Source: Asterias rubens (taxonomy: Eukaryota). Taken from it: 64,000 nucleotides of DNA. Below are positions 58,909-64,000 of this stretch, in pieces (positions within the stretch are counted from its first letter, which is position 1; every line of letters starts with the position of its first letter). The notes under the pieces are model-generated. The model saw only the letters and a list, made by a program, of their open reading frames with translations, searched no databases and was not told where the DNA came from. A program made the position numbers and the translations under genes. The DNA is taken from positions 17,980,001 to 18,044,000 of the forward strand of contig NC_047068.1 in assembly GCF_902459465.1 (NCBI RefSeq), given 5' to 3'.

Positions 58909-61324
58909 TTAGATGGTGGGTTCATTTGTTCCGGAAATCGCCCTGGCTCTGCCGGAAGCCACAAGGCTCGGATTGGGAGGTGCTTGTGGTTGGTTCCTCC
59001 TGCCGCACAATCTTCGACACATTGTAGGGATCGGGAGAATCTTCCGGAAGGCGGTCTTAAAGTCGTCCCTAAGAATGGAGTAAACGACAGGGTTGCAAGA
59101 TGGATTGACAAAGGCCATCAAGGACGCAACTGTGTTCACATAAAATGGTACAGCAGAATTATCCTCCGAGATAACCTTAATGAGTTTCGTGAGAGAGAAT
59201 GGTAAGTTGGTAATGAGGTAGATGCTGATGATGATTAGGATCGGCTTGATTGCCTTGGAGTAGCTCGGTCGACCGCTCGATGACTGCGAAGAGAATCTCC
59301 GATCTGCGCTTGAACTTGACTCCGGTGATGTGGATATCGTAGATGGTGTTAAGCTGTGCCTTGATGGCTGGTGTTTCTTAATTGAGTTAAGTTGCCGTGG
59401 TGAGACGTGTCTGTTGTTGATTACTTTCAGTATGCGACTGGGAGTATCTGATGACGAACTGTCGATCAACCCCAAAAGTGTTGGAGTGATCCGTGCAGCG
59501 TGTCTTTTGGCTACTTTATAGATGCCCCAGTAGCAGCACATCATCACTAGGACCGGTATACCAAAGCAGACAACAAATGCACAGATCGTGTAGACTTGTA
59601 CGGGTTCTGTTGGCATCGTCTCCCAGTCTATCGTGCAGATTATCTCGCTGTTGTCATACCATACCCAACCGGTGGCAGACGGGATAACTGCGAAGATAAA
59701 CCCGACTACCCATGCTCCAATAATCAGGCCAATTGCGCGTCTGAACGTCACTATGATGTCGTAGCGAAGCGGGTAGACGACGAAGATGTAGCGGTCCACT
59801 GAGATCAAAGCCAGGGTCAACATGGAGGTGATGATGAACAGGTAGTTGAAGAAGCACACCGACTTGCACCAGAATAATGAAAATACCAATTCATTATACC
59901 ACACGGACACCAACGAAAATGGCATCACCAATACTGTAAAGAGAAATACAACGTGTGTTATCCCCAAGTAAATTTTGAAAGGGAAATTAAACTATCCGGG
60001 TAGAAAGTTCAGAAAATGGAGACAAATTGTAAAACCACTCTGGTAAGGGTTGGGGTTGATTAAACCCCCTGTTTTGCAGTTGCACAATGCCTAATCATTT
60101 CAATAATATTAATAATAATAATACAATTGGTATTTATAAAGCGCTCTAACTAACAGGGGAAAGTACCACAGCGCTGTACACACAAAATAAACAAAGAGCA
60201 AAGAATAAATAAAAGCAAGCAAATCAGTTGAACAGGTGGGTTTTGAGAGATTTCTTGAAGGCTGCTAGTGAGCTAGAGTGGCGGATGCTGTGAGGTAAAT
60301 CATTCCAGAGTTTGGGGGCAGCAGCGTGGAAGCTTTTTTCCCCAGTAGTGGTGCGTGTTTTTGGGATGGCAAGTAGTCTGGTGTCAGTAGATGACCGGAG
60401 GTGAGGTATCTGTTAGGTTTGTACAACTGAATGAGATTCGTTAGGTATGAAGGCGCAGAGGCGGTATTGAGACATTTGAAGACCAGGGTAAGTATTTTAA
60501 AGTTGATACGGTTGGAGACTGTCAGCCAGTGAAGATCGTGAAGAATGGGAGTGACTCTGTCATATTTCTTGGCCTGGTAGATCAGTTTAGCAGCACGATT
60601 TTGGAGCCGTTGAAGGCGTTGACAGTCAACAGATGATATTCCATAGAGAAGAGAGTTAGCATAATCGAGACGAGACGTTACAAGGGCTCTAACAGCAGCA
60701 TGGCATGTAGGCTTATCAATGTACATTCTTATCCGAGAAAGGTTGCGTAGACTGAAATTAACGGATCGGCAAATAGAAGTGACTTGGTCGGACAAGCATT
60801 CCAGACTCTCAGTCAGAGTGTCGATGTAACAAATACACTGTTTTTAAAGGACGGTGTGTATCATGTGTTTTCAAATTGTCAAATTCAATTTCTGCAGGCC
60901 TATTAAGTCGACACAACCTACAAAAGTGTTATTTAAATACCGGTCTTGCACACTCTTTGACAAGTGAATTATTCACCGTGTTTTTTGATTTAACACCAGT
61001 GTGTGTCTTACCAATTTAACACCGGTGTAAATATTGATTTAAGACCGGTAAGATTAAGTGTTGGTTTAACACTGTCAATTTAACACCCAAAGTGTCAAAA
61101 TTCGTTAAGTTACCAAGATAATTTTTACCTGCACAACCTAAATCAGTAATAGCCAGATTAACGATGAACACATTTGACACGTGGTTGCGCAGTTTCCACG
61201 ATTGCGTCACTGCTACGATGACCATGATATTCCCAATGACGGCCATAACCATGATGGGCAGAAGGGTGCACGCTAGGACGACTTCTACGGCTAAAAAACG
61301 GGTCTCCTCCACGCTGGCATTCAT
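58909..61324 (-). CDS. Orphan class A (rhodopsin-like) GPCR, 406 aa, 2 coding exons
   Basis: Exon 61324-61129 (TM1 GN, TM2 LAITD) spliced in phase 1 to 59933-58909 (TM3 C..DRY, W4.50, ECL2 Cys, TM6 P, NPVVY, helix 8 FKTAF). An acceptor just before the ATG implies an upstream non-coding exon. Confidence 0.93.
60102..60797 (-). mobile_element. 5'-truncated LINE (L2/CR1-group) 3' end in GPCR intron
   Basis: Post-RT C-terminal motifs SRLDYANSLLYG, LQRLQNRAAKL, TPILHDLHWL, FKILTLVFK, KLWNDLP..FKKSLKTHLF* (stop 60224-60226). A 5-nt duplication (60398-60407) shifts the frame. 3' UTR ends agcgctttataaata plus an (att)n tail. Confidence 0.9.
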
Positions 61325-61433
61325 GACTATAGAAATAATAAGAAAATGGAGGCGATTAAAACATAATACAAGGAACTTATATCATTCATAAGTCGATATC
61401 GATCAGAGCAGGGATGAACAATTATTTTCCTCC

Positions 61434-61574
61434 ACGATCAGAGCATACTGTTTGAAACATCAAGTTAAAACCAACGGTTCAAGTTTTTCAGAACCACTCC
61501 AACTCAGAGATTATCATTATGGTTTTACCAAACCTTCGTATTTCCACCATGCAAAGTTTCAATTCTAAAGCCTA
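61434..61574. mobile_element. Half copy of the foldback element at 22934-23256
   Basis: acgatcagagcatactg..gaaacatc.agtt..aaccaacgg..cagaaccac..aactc..agagat..cgtatttccaccatgcaaagtt. Confidence 0.8.
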
Positions 61575-61596
61575 CTTATGTAAATAGTTTGTTTTA

Positions 61597-61890
61597 AGGA
61601 ATGGACACATTTGGTAATTACTTAAAATATTTATAAGCATAAAACGTATTCGGCGTGAGCAACGGAGATCGGTTGATCGTATAACACATTTTGGAGAAAC
61701 AACTCCCTCCGAAATAACGTACGGTTGCGTTGAGAAAGAGATAACTTTGTATAATTTTAATATTTGTATACGAGAAAGACTTCAGACCTGAAGTCTTTCC
61801 CATCACACATTTGTGCAATAAGGGTCATTTTCTTTACATCACTTTCCTGCAACTAACTTAGATGACCATCTTAGCCCAAATTTGACACAG
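61597..61890 (+). mobile_element. Diverged MITE family A-like copy
   Basis: ggaatggacacatttggtaatt...aaacaactccctccgaaataacg...ttagcccaaatttgacacagg. Confidence 0.6.
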
Positions 61891-63949
61891 GGAACCATTA
61901 ACATCCAACATTTTTGCATAGCAAATATTTGGAGTCAAAGAAATTGTGCACTGAATGGTAGTATTATTGAGTAGCAAAATAAATGAAGATTATATAGTAA
62001 AAAAAGATAATTTTGCATTGGGCCTAGCATTTTGCTCTGCTATAAGGGAAATCGTTCACTTCGACATATTTATTTTTAATGTTGGGATACGCCAAGTGAG
62101 AATACTGGTTTTTGACAATTACCACTCATTTCATTTGCTCATCACATGAAACTTCAGATGAGTAGATCGGTCACTGATCTTCTACTTGGCGCGCTTTGCT
62201 CGGAGCTTCGTCCCTTTTCCGTGATGGAGCCTTCAACCATGGAGGTCTACCTCCATGCTTCAACTATATCTTCTTAAAATTGGTCAGCTATAGAGTTTCG
62301 TAGAATGATGGTGGATGTAAGAGCTTTTGCCTCAAGATATTATCAACTTTCCCGGCCGGATTACCGGCTAAAGTACCGAGAGGTAGTGTAAAGAAGAAAT
62401 GGGGGAAAAAATATCTTGTTTTTGACGAGAAACGGGTCGTATAGTTTTGAAGGGGTGAAATGGTGACATGTTTGCGTCGAGTGTATCTGGAAGGGATGTT
62501 TTTATTGAGTAGAAATTGAAAGGTTTTTGCTTCGTTCGTGAACCCGCTACTTTGTCAAAACGTAAGGCCTTTTTTTTTTTTGGGGGGGGGGCTGCTTGAG
62601 GCCCACCACACAAAAAATAGTATTGGGAACATGCTTTTTTTTTGGGGGGGGGGGTGCCTGCATTGGAAGGTTTGCAAAGTTTTCCTTTTTTATGGGATTT
62701 GGATTTAAACAGTTTTAAATTATTTATACTATTTTCAATAAATATTTGCCAGATCAAACATCTTTTTAATCACACTACCACGCCAGCTTTCAATTTCCGA
62801 TTCAAGATCAGCCGCAACGCGTGACGTTTCGACAAGTAAGAATTTTAGCAGTCTGATTGAATAATGCAAATGAAGTTTCTAGCAAAAAGCCAATTCCTAA
62901 AGCTGTTTTAGTGTTTATTAAAAACATCTGCTTGACGCCGCCGACAGGCTGAATTATAACACAGATTTACAATAAAAAATATAAAAGCACAGGAAATTAT
63001 TTCCATAAATAAAGTTCATTCAAAAGGAAAATATTTATTCCATAGTGGCTATTCCACGGTTGGCGATCATGGGTAAAAGCTCCTAATTAATGGTTTATTG
63101 TACATTTTCTCAAGATATAGAGACAAAAATAATAAACCAAAAGGGAAACTGATTTGGTGAGAATAAAATACATTCAGCATTATTACCCGAACAAGTTAAA
63201 TATCAAAGTTTCCATCGGGTTCCCCTTCCTGCTATCTTTCTTCACCCGACATTCTTACCTGACAACAGATGTGAGTCCACTAAAACGGTCCGGACAGCGA
63301 TGCTGAAAAATCGCAGGTCTGCAAATTGCCCCAAGGTTGAGGCGACTAGTTGTTGAAAAGGCAAAAGCTTTCTCTGTAATTCATCTCAAGATTGAAGAGT
63401 GCCAACTCGGACAAAACACTTTTATACCTGCAGCAAATAATGACGTGCCAGGATGGATTAATAATTTACATTGTGTCTCAAATGTCATCACGTAGCCTCG
63501 TATTTTTTAGCTCTAAAAAAAAAAAAGGTTGTTTTTCTTGTCAACGGGTGAGATCTAATTTGCACCCGCGGGGATAATAGAGAGATCCAATCAAACATCC
63601 AAGGCCCGATCAGAAAATTATTCCAAATCCAATTTTGTGATGAAAACAGATCATAACATCTACCTCTAGATGTGATCTGAAGCAGACACTCTTTCCATGA
63701 TTTGTTTTTTCTTAAAGTCACCTGGAAGTGGTATTTTGTCACTGAAATGTGTGTTTTGATGAGTGGAATATGAATAAACAATTAACTAAGGTTTAACAAA
63801 ATTAGCTTCCATTATATTTACAAATTTGAAAATAAGCCCGACCGAGAGTGCGCTGTTCGTTACGTCAATCGAGGAGCGATGAATCGCATGCAGTGCCAAC
63901 ACAAGATAGTGACGCTTGGCGCAAGCTACAAACATGCCCTCAAAGTTAA

Positions 63950-64000
63950 AGGAACACGTTGCCTTGGATCGGACACGTTGGTCTATGAAAAGCGTTTGAA
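63950..64000 (+). mobile_element. Start of another TTAA-flanked element, running off the window
   Basis: ttaa|aggaacacgttgccttgg; the same ttaa|agg terminus as the other Kolobok-like families. The second end is not visible. Confidence 0.4.

Noticed and set aside
58873-59802. Plus-strand ORFs opposite the GPCR
   Set aside because: Antisense shadows of the GPCR exon.
58909-59933. GPCR as an opsin or biogenic amine receptor
   Set aside because: Lacks Lys7.43 and Asp3.32.
62240-62259. 8-bp hairpin catggagg-tcta-cctccatg
   Set aside because: Short enough to occur by chance in 64 kb, and not repeated.

Overview
AT-rich animal genomic DNA with GT-AG introns. The repeat landscape and genes suggest an echinoderm, probably a sea star (inference, not searched). 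Eight protein-coding genes could be reconstructed by hand with phase-consistent splicing: a CBR1-like carbonyl reductase (+, 13291-18088); two tandem paralogous unnamed 2-TM proteins with Pro/Tyr-rich PPxY tails (+, 22034-23866 and 25915-26981); survivin/BIRC5 (+, 29979-31893); CCDC96/CFAP184 (-, 33572-39931); thymidine kinase TK1 (+, 40234-44760), head-to-head with CCDC96; a LITAF-family gene (+, 49664-52961) preceded by a dead copy of its repeat exon; and an orphan class A GPCR (-, 58909-61324) with a LINE 3' fragment in its intron. The first 13 kb and most introns are non-coding and rich in MITEs (TTAA-flanked Kolobok-like, CAGG-ended, GGGCCC-ended, Harbinger-like), tRNA-derived SINEs and small foldbacks, several nested. 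Best leads: (1) the unnamed 2-TM/PPxY paralog pair, which shares a possible intron-retention switch removing the last PPxY; (2) BIRC5-TK1 linkage, which mirrors human 17q25; (3) a compact CCDC96/TK1 bidirectional promoter with E2F sites; (4) the LITAF pseudo-exon and a splice-donor-rich minisatellite behind the gene. All exon models come from sequence reading only and have no transcript support.
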